A stretch of 64,000 bases of DNA from Lingula anatina. Its lineage: Eukaryota; Animalia; Brachiopoda. Where the stretch lies: positions 25,982,848-26,046,847 of the forward strand of contig CM120643.1 in NCBI GenBank assembly GCA_051362555.1, given 5' to 3'. Made by a program: the position numbers and the translations under genes. The number at the start of each line of letters is the position of its first letter. The first letter of the stretch is position 1. Below, piece by piece: positions 49,056 to 63,108 of the stretch. The notes under the pieces are model-generated. The model was not told the origin of the DNA and did not search any database. It saw only the letters and a program-made list of their open reading frames with translations.

Positions 49056-52000
49056 TATTTTACTTTTAAGCATAGAGGTAGTTGCTATAGATGACCCTTA
49101 TGCTGTGACGCAAATAATTTTCTCTCTGCACTTTAATATTACCCACAGTTCTAATCCAAAACCAAATTAGGGTATCAGCTGCATGTACTTTAGTACAGCG
49201 CGAGCGGAAAATGTGCAGAATCTCTCACACGAGGCTTTGAGTTAATTTGCTTTTCTTGATGTATTGCAGTCATTACGACTGTTCTTTGTACTTAAAAGTG
49301 CATCTGATGTCTTCAAATGAAGTGTTTTATAATATTGCTAGCACTGTAATATACCCTGTTATGAAAAGAAATGCAAATGCAAATGAACCAATACGTCATT
49401 TTTATAGTCATTAGATAATTGTACCACAAGGAACTGTGGTGATCGAGTAATAATATGTTAGTACTAAGATCCCCTCGGTTTCAAATCATATTTCACGATA
49501 TTTGCTTGATTAATCGTATTTTTTATTTGTTTTTTGCATTGTACTAGGATTGTTATAATGGCAATCAATTAATACAGGGGAAGCACAACTGTTTGTAATG
49601 TCGTTAAATCATCAATCTTAAATCACCATTAGTTATATTGCTTAAAATGATAGAAACTTTCAAAAGAATAAGACATCTGTGATTCCAATAAGTTCAAATA
49701 AAAATGAAATGTCAATTACAAACAGCTTATTAGTGTGTAATGAGAATATCGTCCTCTGACATGAAGTTACAGTATAAATATATTTTAAGTTAAGGTACAT
49801 GTGTACCTTCTAGTGCCCATTTATAAATTTGGCAAATTATTGGTATTTTATGTTTAAGAAAACAATGGTAAGAGAAGAATAGCAGATCTAGAGTCACCTA
49901 TGCATTACACTTGGACTTATGTCCTCTTTGGTAATTTGAAAACTATATATATCGGTCAGTGCCACAGATAGCTTTATAAAAGATTTTGTTGGCAACTTTT
50001 GCAGAGAACTTTGGAATAAAAAGTATGTCTCTAACTTCTAAAATGTCCCTTCATTTTAGCAAGAAGTTAGATGGAACTACATGGAGCTCATGCAGACAAA
50101 CAGGCAAACTGACAGCTGGGCACTTGTCGGCTCTGTCTAATTGGGTTTGAATCTCGCTGTGTCAAGTTTCGATTTGGGTTTTTGCTTGGGCTGGTTACCA
50201 GTGTTTCTGCATTTGAACTCGGATGTTCAAACACACACGAATGTCCACGCACACATACAAGGACACGCACACACGTCATTCATATTCACACACACACATA
50301 CACAGACACGCGCATATGCACAAACACCTATTCATACCTAAGCACGCACACACACACACACTCATGGCGATAACTTCATACTTGACCCAGACAAAGAACT
50401 TAAGTCATGACCTACTAGAATGTACTTTCACTGAACTTGTTTAATAAAGCATTCACTGTACATGACATACTGTAAAGTATACGATGATTGCCTTTATGGG
50501 GTAGATCATCTGTAAACAAAGCCAGCCTTGGAAATCCATCCCCAATCGCGGTCAACGGCGCACGTCAAATGTTTCCCAATAAAGTGACCTTTTGATGCTA
50601 AATGATCTGTTATAAGTGAGATTTGACAATATGTGAAAAGAGTCTATAGGTTTGTGTGGTGTTTTATGAGAACTTAAGTGGCATTTGACTCCGATCTGTG
50701 TATAATTAGTGACATTTTGGGAAACATTGCCTGGAACCAGGACTTCCCTGGATACAATATGGCTAGCATGCCTATCTTTTAGATTTACTTTTGTCACAAA
50801 CCTCAGCTAGGAAAGTGCATTTTGATTACTTATATAAAGGTTAATGCAAAAAAAAAAAGAAAGAAAACAGTGCACTGATATTCCCATGTATTAGATCTAT
50901 CATACTCGTGCTCATTCAACCAGGTGCAACGTTCCAGGGAGACCTGATAATAATGAATTAAACCATGTCTCTATGCCATATCCCAACAGCAGGAATGAAC
51001 AGGTTATGGTGTGTGTATATACTTTTTCACAATGGAAAAACGACATTAGACCTCGTGTGTGCAGAGATGCGAAAAATTCAGTGTAATTTTAGTATTATGT
51101 TAGAAGCCCATGTGGCCGCGATGTCTTGTTTTGTAACGTAGTGTTCTGTATCATGTCTGTCACGGTGTGAAGTCGACTGTGTATAGCCACTGTATGTCCG
51201 CTGTTGTTGTTCTAGCTCGGGTTATCACAGATGTTAAGAAAACATGAAAGCATCGTTCTATTATCTCCGGCTACCGTGGCTTCTGACGCGCATAAGGCAA
51301 TGTAGCAGGCTAGACTATGTGTGTGTGGGGGGGTGGGCACAATGTTTCAATTCCCCCCTCTACCTGTATCCCCCCACCCCCCCAGAAAAAGATAATAATA
51401 ATGAATTTATAAGCAACCATAAGAGCAAAAGCTAAACAGTTTTTCATCTCTGATATTAAGTAACAATTGAATGATCTTCACCTGCATTTTTATAATTGCC
51501 TCGTTCTGCCAATACATGTACATTCACGAGTGCTGTTGGAATACGCCTTTCACAAAATGGCGAATCCGTCAATGCCACTCCAACGCCAACGACTGTTCGT
51601 TAAAAGCTAAAGCGATGTTTCATTTCTGGTGGAGTCTGTATATGTAGAATATTTCTAATCAGTAAGGACGCAGTTCAGCATTTGACAGAATGGTTAATGG
51701 TGTCCTGTCTGCTACTGCTAGTACTGTAGTGATGTTACTGGAAAACACAGCTTGGAACGAAATCTTCTTGCAAAAAGCAATCAGAACAAACATGCTTTAA
51801 AACCAGAGGTGTTTTTTCACAAACTGGAATTGTGATTTTAATATATGGTACACATTTATATATGTATATACGTATATATTTCCTGTATAAGTTTTCTTTT
51901 TGGATAAAAGGGAATTAAATGTCACAACCCCCTCTCAGACCCCAAGTCCACCATACATGCGCCTGTATAATACCCCACCTTGGGTCAGTGTCACTAAATT

Positions 52001-53864
52001 AAAGTTTATTGTCTAAGCTTAGATTGCAAAAACAATATAACCGGCAAAGCTTAATACTGTATATACTCGACACTGGTATAAAAGCCTTTTACAGATTGGC
52101 CCGCGATAGATGAAGTTGGCATATCTCAATGGGATATTGCCACCACTGAGAGTGAAAAAAAGCTGTCAAGACAAACATAATTTGCTGTATGGGCTTGGTT
52201 GTAAAGATCGAAAAGCAGACAAGTGTCCTTTTAGATTCTTTGAGAAGCGCTACGAAGTCGACTTTAATTCAGAACAGTGCCTGGTAGGGTCGAGTTTCAA
52301 CTCTATAGTCAGGAGGTATGTATATGATAAAAAATTGATGCGACATACAGCTCTTAAGCGCCTTTTGTGGCATTGAAGGCATCTGGACATCAAACCAAAT
52401 GCCACAAAAAGTGTTCATCACATATACATTCGTTTAAGTGAGAGATGTGTGACCCATTTGAGATTTTTATATACTGGTGACGCTCTCTTGAGAACTACTT
52501 CAACTTTGATAATAATGGTAGTAAGTTTGTGATCTGACTTAATTCCCAATGTACTCAACAGTTGCAGCTGTAATATCTACTGTTCTTGCATTATCACCGT
52601 GCCATAAGCAAGAGCAGACAAGATAAGTTGGAAGCGGTGAACCACTACACTGACATTCAATCTGATCTGAATATCAATGATTCTTTTTCGCAAAAAATGC
52701 CCTTTAGATAAAGCATTGTTACGTGTTGCGTTAACACTCATCTTTATTAGACATGGTGGGTGACATTCCCCATATGGGGTAAAAAAAACGTACAAGTTGT
52801 AACGAGTGTGTAGAATATCTCACGGATGTTAATTTCCATCGCGGGAAAAGACATTAATTTCTCAATAGTCAACCGCAGTGCATGTCTTACGGAAATTTTT
52901 TAAACAAGGATTTAACCTTTACAAATCCTTGCGATGAGGCAGTACCGGTATGTTTTGAGAGCTCTTACACATACCAGGTAAATGTGCTGTAGGAAAAATT
53001 AAGGAGAATTCACTCCATTTCGCAGTCTCCTCAATTTTGCTTGTTTAAGTGCTGTTTAAGTGAAAGCAATGACTCACCTGCGGACACTTAGTGACTGTTA
53101 TGTAATTGGCAACATTTATGTAATCTCCAACCTATTTATTGGACAATCTCGCAAAATATATCGTCGGAGCTGTATCTCAATAATTATCGATGCAATTATT
53201 TTTGCAAGAGTTTATATTAATGTAATGTCATCTTATTTTAACTAGCGTTTTCGTACGGTAGAATGCTGACATACTGTACATAAAAACGTTTGAATAAATG
53301 CTGGCACATAATAACAATTGTAACAACTATAACAAACATATTTGGAAAAGTTGACTTCAAAAGCTACAAATGCTCTCCCTGACAATTTATAACTGTAAGC
53401 ATGATTTTAGACATAGGTTCGCTCAAATGTAATATTATACTACACTAATACTAATATATATATGCGTAGACATTAATTTAAAGTATCAAACAGTCAATTT
53501 GAGTAGATGTAACTATGGACATTAATTATTGTCACTGGTGCCGCCCCAATGTTTCAACGTCTATTCAATATGCTGTAAAAACATTTAAAACATTCGAAGT
53601 ACAAATATATTCAGGAAGAGGGATTTAAGCACGGATTAGGCTACGTGATGTTTTCGTTTGTACAGCATTGCAGGATAATCCGGTGAGAAGATCAAATGCA
53701 CAGTACCTCATCTTTGAGGTCACATTGTCAAGATTTGTACTCTAAGGAGTGACAAACCAACCGAACCTTTACCCATGCAGTGGCAATAACTGAAGTGGTT
53801 TCCAGTGACAGATAAGATTATTGTTCGGAATTACACAAACAAAGCAGCACGCCCTTTCTCTCTG

Positions 53865-53895
<31 letters not shown>

Positions 53896-54168
53896 ATGTT
53901 TTATATCAAACATTTACTCTATAACCATGACATGAAACACGCAACGGTAAAACCTACAAATCAACCAAATTGAGAAATCTTAACACAAGGAACTCGGGTA
54001 TAACCCGAATTTATAAAACATCGCTGTATTCTACAAAATTGAGTCTCTTTCAGTGAAACATGCGATGATTTAAAATAATAAAATCGGTCTGATCAGATCA
54101 AAACACGATAAATCAGATTATAAAATGTTTATTTGTCAACTAGTAAATGTATAAATGGTTGGGTACTC

Positions 54169-54300
54169 AACGGGTGCTCTTGCTGAATGCAACCAGATTA
54201 TCAGATTAACACGCCGTGCGATCGACAGCTTTTCTGTATTCTACTCATGAGAAGGCGTGTTAATCTGTTTATCTGATTGCATTCAGCAGGAGTTCCTGTT
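54169..54300. repeat. ~130-bp hairpin (46-bp imperfect inverted repeat)
   Basis: CTCTTGCTGAATGCAACCAGATTATCAGATTAACACGCC vs GGCGTGTTAATCTGTTTATCTGATTGCATTCAGCAGGAG. Confidence 0.8.
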
Positions 54301-55446
54301 AGATCGATCTAGGCACGGAAGTTGCATTGGGAACGAGCCCCAACAACATTGCCAACTTCTCCCCAAGTGGCTTTCACGTACCGAGGTCCACCGTGATGAA
54401 CTCGAGCGTCGATAAATCTTAATATGTCACCAGGGGTTGTGAAGCAACGAACCGCGGCTAATCCCGGGTGGATATTTATCAACATCTTAAGCGTTAATTC
54501 CTGAAAATCTCTTCAACTGAGAGCCTTTCATCTAAATCTTCAAGACATTAATAAGGTTTCTGAGAAGAATCTAGGAGAGAGCAGACGGTTTGATGTCCTT
54601 ACGCGTCCACGGGTTGACTGAGCCATTCAAAAATCATCAAATAAATTGCCATTGTTACTAGGAGGGAATGGATTTAGCACGCACGTTTCAAAGCAAATAA
54701 GAAAGAACTGATAGGTTCTGGTGAAGAAGGGAGAAAAAACATTAAGCCACCCATAGAACCGACCGTGCTGCAAAAGTGTTTAAAATAATATGAAATGCAG
54801 TTTGCCATTGCCTCTGGTGCATAGATGTCAAAGAGTATACAACGTTTCTAAGACGTGTTTAATCTCCTTAGGAGTGATTTACTTTTTTCTACTTAAACAT
54901 AACCAAATGAATTTATCCATTGCGTCATTTGGGGTTGCTCTGGGACATTTCAAAGTACGATGTTCACTGCATACTTCACAGGTTTGTTATCCAGAGCACC
55001 ACGCGCATGGCCCCGATAGAAGGCCCTTAATATGTATAAAAAACCGTATACCCCATTCAACCACGTCAGTCATACATGTAAGCACATAAAGCCGGGGGAA
55101 GGGAATAAAGGGTCCTGTACAGGTTCATATAGCTTCTATTACAAAGGGTCCTCAAGGTGGCCCCAGAAAGTTTATTTTTTCTTTGAAAAATTTAAGAGAG
55201 CATGGGGGATTCAGTATTGTGGATGACAAACATATTTACATGGGCAAATATATATTTGCAGGCGTTTGATTATTGATCGTTAACCTGTCGGCGACCTGTC
55301 TGCATGGTTTACACATCAAAATACAGAATATCTGTCCCCTATTCACCTTTGAGTGAATATAATAGAGCAGCGACACAGTGTTGATTCACGATTCTCTAGT
55401 GCCTGTAAAAAGCCCTCGAACACTGTACACGTTAAAGAAGAGCTTC

Positions 55447-55790
55447 CCGACATTACGACTTTATGACAAGCCCCAAGTTTCTCCGTTCTTATTACTGTAA
55501 TGGCAGATCCAGGATTTTGCTAAGGTTGGGGGGGGGGGGGGGGGGGGGGGGGAGAGGCACAAGAAAATAAAGGTATCATACCGCCCCTAGCAAAATGAAA
55601 ACTTTGAAACAATAACTAATATTTTGCAGCAATGATCTTATTTCATTAAGCGCGTGCCTGTAAAAAACTTAAAAAGAGTTCACGGATTTCACGACTTTGT
55701 GACAAGCCCAAGTTCCTGTACTTATTATTATTATTATTATTATTACTATAATGGCAAATCCAGGATTTTGCTAAGGTTAGGGGGGGAGGG
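55447..55790 (+). repeat. Local direct duplication (~240-bp period)
   Basis: ACGACTTT(A/G)TGACAAGCCC..CTTATTACT(G/A)TAATGGCA(G/A)ATCCAGGATTTTGCTAAGGTT(G)n occurs at ~55455 and ~55691. Confidence 0.75.
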
Positions 55791-58325
55791 ATAAAAAGAT
55801 CAAGGTATCTTACTTTAATATGTAGGATACATGGATAAATGTTATTTTGAGAAGGGGTAAGGGTGTACATTTGGAGCTAAGACACCTCTTAACAAAAACT
55901 ATTTTTTTAAATAACCACTTTATTGTTTAATCTTGAGATACGTAAAACACTTGCATTAAAGAACCAATAAACTAAAATACCATGACGTGCAAGCCTATAT
56001 TATAGATAGAAACCCATGCACCGGAAGTTGATTGACCGCTGACTGCTTGCTGTTGTTTTATTTGACACAAAATATGAAATGAATTACAAACACCCACATA
56101 AGGGCTACAGTAGGATCCGACATTATATTGGTTCGGTTCAAAATCTGTTAAATGTGTCTTACACGTTCACTTACATTGTACTTGAAATCGAAACCAAATG
56201 TCTTACGAGTATGTGAAAAGTATGTGAGAAGTCAACTAACGTCTGGTCTTCCATTTAATAAGCGTTAACTTATACATGAGATGTTGTGTCCATTTCCAGA
56301 AAGGAGTTGTTTACTTCCAGAGATGCGTTGGAGTGATGCGGTGTTATGTGGAGTATCCAATAACACACCCATCGCTATCATCCCTGCATGAGGTCTTTCT
56401 CAAGCCCGATCTCTCGAGCGAGTTATCACCGGAACTCTTCAAATCTGAGCAATCATGGAACATCTTTACTATACATTTACGTTATTTCTTCAAAGAAAAT
56501 TCCTTTAAAAAATCGAGACCAGCCCTCATTTTTTTCCAATGTTAAGCCAATGGCTTAATTAAAACTATAACTCAGTATGGATATTGAGTCCTAGATTTAA
56601 ACCATCTCTGCTTTGAAATTCTAAAGGTACATGTACTTGACTGTACGTAAAACGTCATCGGATTGCCACGCCGATGCCACTCTTGATGAAGATTGACGCC
56701 GTATGAAATAAGTCGGTTTCACCCAACTTGTCAACGTCAACCATTAAATGAAATGATGTAAGTACAGCAATTCAATATAACAAAATCAATGAAACACAAT
56801 GTATTAATATCAATGACCATACAATTTATCTCCGTTTGTTCTTCGTGTTGAGCATTGCTGTTATTCAATGACTACAGGCCGTGTAGCTGTACCCCCCTTC
56901 TCGCCCCCCCTTCCCCCCATTGCCAGTACAGTCATCGTATAAACATGTACACTACTGCACAAAAAATGAACAATATGTTCACGTACATTTTTACAGGTGA
57001 ATATTGAAAATACAACAATTGCCAAATACACATCTTCACATATAAAAACTATACATACATGTGTACACAGAGCTATGTAACTGTATTTACAATTTACAAC
57101 CTAACAATTCAAACGGTTTTGCATTTCCAAAACATGCTTCATTTAGCTCACAGCCCTGTCTTTTCGAAAAATGCTTGGTTTGTGTAGGTAATATTTGCAA
57201 GTAAATTGTTCTTAAATGAGCTTAAAAGCTGAATATACAAGGGAATTCCACTTTTCAAATGTACATGTACTTGTTTAAACCCACTGGGCCTAGGGGAAGT
57301 TTGTTGTTCACTACCATATGGTCATCTTGAGATTTCCACTTGGAGCCAGTTTCATCAGTTGGTTAGCCCATACTATATATAGAATTGCCCATTGGATATA
57401 ATTATAATTCTCGATTGGCTGATTTTATCTACTAGAAGCTCGTCTCGCTGTTACAAAATTGGTCAAAGGCGAGGGTACCGGACGATAGCCATTTTAAGTA
57501 ATAGCTAGCATTGTCAAGCGTTGACGAAAGTGGGCCATATGCACCATTAACAGGTGTTCACTAAAGGTTTATAAACAAAATCTTTCAAACCGTCAGATAG
57601 CCATAAAGGTCAAACACACTTGATAAACATTTCACCGGCTGTATTACTGAGTCTGCCCGTCTTTATCTATCATTTGTTCACGGGCACGGGCTCTTTACGA
57701 AAAAAAATTAGCAAATTACCTTGTTAAAACTTGAGACATGTGAAACACCTGCAGTCGAACACCTTAGACACCCAAAATGCCAGATGTGTATCTACTAATA
57801 TTAAGTAAATATTCATGTACCAGAAGTTGAAACTAAATACATGAGATAGACCACACAGAGCAAAACCAACCATAAAATACTATAAAAATACATTCTTCCA
57901 ATTTTTGAGAACCCGTCTGTATCTATTTCAGCTTCAAAATTGGATTGCTTGCGGAAACGGCAATTGAAAGGGTACGCTTTGTGTACAAACAAGTATTACA
58001 CCACCGCCTTGGTAATGGGATTTTGAAAGGGTAGATGGATCGTTTATACAGGTTGATTTTGCTGTTGCACTCGACTTTTTTTAAGAAGAAAGCTAGCTTA
58101 AAAGATTTACTGTTACAGACAGATGTAACCCGGTTCGATTTTGCAAAAGAGCCAGAGTCCGAACTTGGTCTTAAGTTTAAGTCAAAATTAGTCTACATTT
58201 ACCGAGGATACATCGTCAGGATATATACTAATTAAATGAAGTGTTGTCTTCTCTACAGCATGATGGAAACGGCCGATGTTGCCGACCAATACTAACTCAA
58301 GTGATAGTTACTATGACTTTATTTT

Positions 58326-58443
58326 AAATTGAAATAGACCTATTTTTGTCAAAAATGTGTTTATCTGAAATTTAAATAGACCTGTTTTTGTTAAAAATGT
58401 GTTTATCTTAAATTGAAATAGACCTGTCTTTGTCAAAAATGTT
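58326..58443 (+). repeat. Three tandem copies of a ~43-bp unit
   Basis: AAATT(G/T)AAATAGACCT(A/G)TTTTTGT(C/T)AAAAATGTGTTTATCT x3. Confidence 0.85.
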
Positions 58444-61400
58444 AAGACTGATCTTTCAGCTAAAATACGCATACATATCAGTACCGTGGGATATTGGAGA
58501 AGGTTGAATTTGTCTGAGAAGAATGTTATTCTTTGTTTATTTTCAATTTTTAATTTCTATCGAGCAGAAGCAGAAATTGTGTATGGCATGTGTGTGTCCA
58601 GTTTCTTCTAATACTTTTGTTGTTCGTTTATGTTCATTCTTTAGTGGGCGCTTTGACAGAGATTAATCAATGCTGGACATAAGTTGTTTACCTTCATAAT
58701 TGGTATGAAAGGTTTGTTGCCTATCTCTTCAAGGTCAGACGGCATTGTTTTGTTGTCTGACACTCCTGCATCTAAAAGAATGTAATCGTTTTCAAGGAGA
58801 ATCCCCAACCTAAGCAGTATCACTTTATTTCTATTGATGTTTATAAGGAAGAAGAGGAAATGAAAAACGGTACCTTAATTAGATCTCATATAAGATACAT
58901 GTGTATTCGAGCAGTCGACCTCCAGCCCACTTCACTCCTACTTTTATGTTGTCTTCATGCATGGGTCCAGTGCAGCTGAATATAGCGCCCATCCTACTGA
59001 ATTTTGCTGCCACCTTGTTTAAACTAAAAACGAACTTGTCATTCGTATGGCCCTTTCAGAATTCTCCAACAACCTTTGAATTCGGATTCCATAAGATTCA
59101 TATCGGAATGTAGAGGGTTTAAGGTTCATATGGATCCTGTGTCGTGATTTTTGGCACAAAGCGTACAACTTTACGTAGCTTACTTTTAATTTAGCAAATT
59201 GTAATATCTGTGAGGGGGTGGCGGGGATTGAGGGGGAACTATTTAGAAAAAAATAGGGACAATAGGTGGTTGGGGGTGATTAATGTAACCCTTCCCCCTG
59301 CTACCCTCTCCGATGGCTGATACTGGTGTTGTTGTTGTTGTTGTGTGTGTGTGTGGGGGGGGGGGGGGGTTCCCATTCCTTCCATTATCAGCCCCGGTTC
59401 CCCATCCTATGCCACAGCGCTAAAACTGGAAAACGGTCTTAACTGAAAGCCATGAACTTCGGATCCGAGACGTTCTAGAATTATTTCGTAATCTGGTTAT
59501 TTGCACGAGTTGTCCTTGGCACCCAGACTTTAAAGATTAAGTTAGTGATAGTTATTGGCAGCTCCGTCCACCTTGCAGACGTTCATTGCCATACTTATTA
59601 TGGGTATTATTTTTCTCCTAGGTATACAACTAATCAGCTTTGTCAAGATTGCAGACATATTTCCTGGACATGATTGCCTGGACAATAACGGCTTATTCTT
59701 GTTGCACGTATGTAAATACATGCACGTAACTTACACCTGTGTCCATCATTTAGTCAGACACAAGACGGTAACAAAATCTTGAAATTTTTTCGATTTTTTT
59801 CTATTATTTATTTTATGTATTTATTTATTTATTTTTGCCAAGGGGATTATTGGCAAGCCTGTTTCTTGGGCAATGTTGAAGTATAGCAATGATGAGTTAC
59901 ATACAGCAGACCTTGAGTTAATTGCAAAACCGTGATTGCCGTGATCTTTGCTGTGCTTTTTTTTCTCAAAAAAATCAGGACGTTCCAGTATCGATGTTCA
60001 AACTATAAAAACTATTAAAAACAGAAAATTGGAATACTAAGTTATAAAATAATGAATGAATAATATAGATGAATGGTTAAATGAAAAGACAAAAGCATGG
60101 GCTTGATGAAAATGCCCCTTGCCATATATCTGTCCTGAATTTTTCTCAACCCGTTCAGTTTAACGGGAGTTTGTAATCAAGCGTGAAAAACCTTATAATT
60201 TGAACCAAAGTTGTTTAATTTCAACCTATTTGAACGCAAATAAAACCATCCTCATTTTTTCTCTATCGATGGCAATCGACATCCGAGTTAATATCTTGTT
60301 CAATAATACTTACGATTGCGTGTACTTTCATCTACCCTTTCACTGCCAAGCTAGCGCTATTGTTACACCCGACCTTTGCCATTTGACTAAGATTTCGTAA
60401 AAACCTGTCTCCCGTAAGCCTTACAAACATACGCTCTTACTGAGGATAGCCTACCGACTATGTATGTGAAATTTTAAAGTAAACAATCAAGAAAAATCGC
60501 GCGTGAGAGATAAACTGCTGAAGATTTTATTCTGATAAAGAAGATAGTTTGACACCGTAGCTTCCCCGAGATTCTATCAGTATTAGAGGCAGAGGTCGAA
60601 CAGGAAGTAGTGATGGTTTATTTAAAAAAAAGATAGAGTACGCCTACGCAAATCGTTTTGTTGATATGTGGTTAATTACCGCCTAGGTTTGTGTTTAAGG
60701 TTCGCCTCCGTGTGTAGATTTCCAACCGCGTACCTCTCAGAGTCAATGCAGAAATCGACTAGAGCAATTACAACGGCTTCCTCCACGAGAACAGAGACAG
60801 AAAACGGCCAAGCGCCACGATGGTATTTGATTTAGAAACATGATCAGCGAGCAGGACGGAATGAGGTTCCTAACTTATTGCCAATACTTCTCGCCAGGCA
60901 TGTGTTTCACACTAATTACATCGCAGATGCTGAAAACATCGACGGTAATGTCTTTCTGTGGTTTTAATGCGCTCACACTGTGGTGTAGTGCTAAACACTG
61001 TATCTGTTTTGGAAGGATAACAGTAGCGTTATTTTCATTGACATTTTTACTCTACCAGTCCCTACCAGAAGCTGTGACTAAAAAGAAAGAGTGACGTGTC
61101 ATTTCGAACGCGGATTCGTCGTTTAATAGCCCGCACCGAAACTAGAGGAACACCGCCTTAAAATTTAGCGACACATGACAAGCTCCCTCTTACGTGACAG
61201 TGACAGTATTTGACCAATGAGAATCAAGTTCCGGTTCGAAGACTGTCAAGCATACGAGGTGATCTCCACGATCACTCAATCACTGCGCACAGTTTGAGAA
61301 ATGAGATCTTAAGCGACAAGACGTCACAGAACTCGTTCCGAGACAAGGGATTTACTGTCAAAGACAGCACACGAAGACAAACGGTTCTCGGAATCCGTGT

Positions 61401-62993
61401 ATATCCTGACGGAGATACATTTGATTATTCTTCAGGGGAAAGTAGAGCAGACAGAGCAAGGTGCCCGTGCAGAGACAACTAATTAAGTGACCTGTTCTTC
61501 GCTTCAGTTGGGAATTGGCTTTAGTTAGGGACATGAGCCTAGCAGCATGACCGTGAGTAAAGTGATTTTCTACACTCATTTATCAAATTTGTTTTTTCTT
61601 TTGTTTTTCCGTCTTCGCATAAAGTAATCTTGTTACTTATTAATTCATATCAATTAAGGCCTTGTGTACATACTTAACTTTAAATCAGGTTTGGGGAATT
61701 TTGAGGATATAGCGTTGAGATGAAATTTATCGAAACCGATAGCACACTAAAGTTACACTTGAGACTGAGCAGTTATTAAAAAGGGAGTCATTTTATAAAC
61801 AAAATTTTGATATCAAAAATGTACAACCGACCATCTGCAGACTGGACGGCATATTAATGTGTTAAACATGTTTGTTTCTTATCTCATGATTGTATAGGAA
61901 TGTTTTTATGAATACTACACTAACGAAAACATTCTATCGCGTACAACATGTGTCGATCTTATTTAATACTTTCTTATCGTACGTGATGGAGAAATACATG
62001 TGCTCTCGCTTATCTTATTGAAACTGTAATTGGAAACTGGAATTCCAAGAAAGATGCAAACATTTAAATCATCCTCCGTTTGATTTCTCTTTCTGTGTCT
62101 TTCTGCGTTTGTCTGTCTGTCGCTCTGTGTTTTGTCTTAACCGCAAATGATACTCGGCTGGTTGACGGGAGAGGAGAACTTTTAAATATCGGTCAAGTTC
62201 ATGCTGGTTTCGTTTCTTTTGATCATTATTTTGATATTATCATTTGCCTGGTATATTTTCTGCGACCCGTGATTTTGAATCAAATTTGTTCATGATTGAG
62301 AAATAAATATTCATATTTTACGCAATTAGATGTATGTATGCCTCATGTATAGAGGTAAGCGACCATCTATCTGTACTGTGTGCACATTGTATACATCTGT
62401 CTTAATTATTAATTTTTAATCATTAGTTGTCAACCCCCTCAGGTAATTTAGATTAACCTGTTTTTCTATACCTCTGATTTTCTTCCCGTGGTTACCTAAA
62501 TTCTCAAGTGTCCAATTATTCGTTTTTCTCTCGGATAATATTTGATTGACATTTAATTCCATTATCCTTGGTCTGTGATGCAATTAGGTTTCTTTGTCTT
62601 GTGGGTGTTAAGTGGGTTAGATGCCCTTTCACTAAAACGCATTTTATCCATGGGATTTGGTGATTTACTTTGTACTTTCGTTCCGTAAGTGGGTTGCTTC
62701 ATTTAACACACCGGCTTTGTGCTGTCGTGGCCTGCCCTCTTTAGGAAAATGAGTCTACCGTCGACTCTGCCTACCTCATCGATGTATAACCCTTCGGAAT
62801 GGATTTTTTCTTTTGTATTTGCCAAAACTTGGATGAACATTGACTAACGTTACTCGAACAAATCTGTCCCCGTGCGTCGGTGTTAAGAAGAGTCTGCTGT
62901 ATATAGATTCAAAGATTGTTCAGATACAAAAAATACTCGCGGATTTTATTAATTAACGTTGCTGTAGAATTAGCTAGGGTTGTAATGACCCCC

Positions 62994-62994
<1 letters not shown>

Positions 62995-63033
<39 letters not shown>

Positions 63034-63040
63034 GTGTGTT

Positions 63041-63106
<66 letters not shown>
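62995..63106. repeat. Compound (CT)n(GT)n(GA)n microsatellite
   Basis: Directly visible. It explains the low-complexity ORFs 62916..63122 and 63050..63259. Confidence 0.9.

Positions 63107-63108
<2 letters not shown>

Noticed and set aside
58480-59113. Possible decayed coding or LINE fragment (ORFs 58641..58823, 58901..59113)
   Set aside because: No motif I can identify with confidence and multiple stops, so it is left uncalled.
14265-59369. Many G/C homopolymer runs as a possible G-quadruplex system
   Set aside because: Several lie within or beside MITE copies and behave as slippage-expanded mononucleotide repeats, with no positional pattern.
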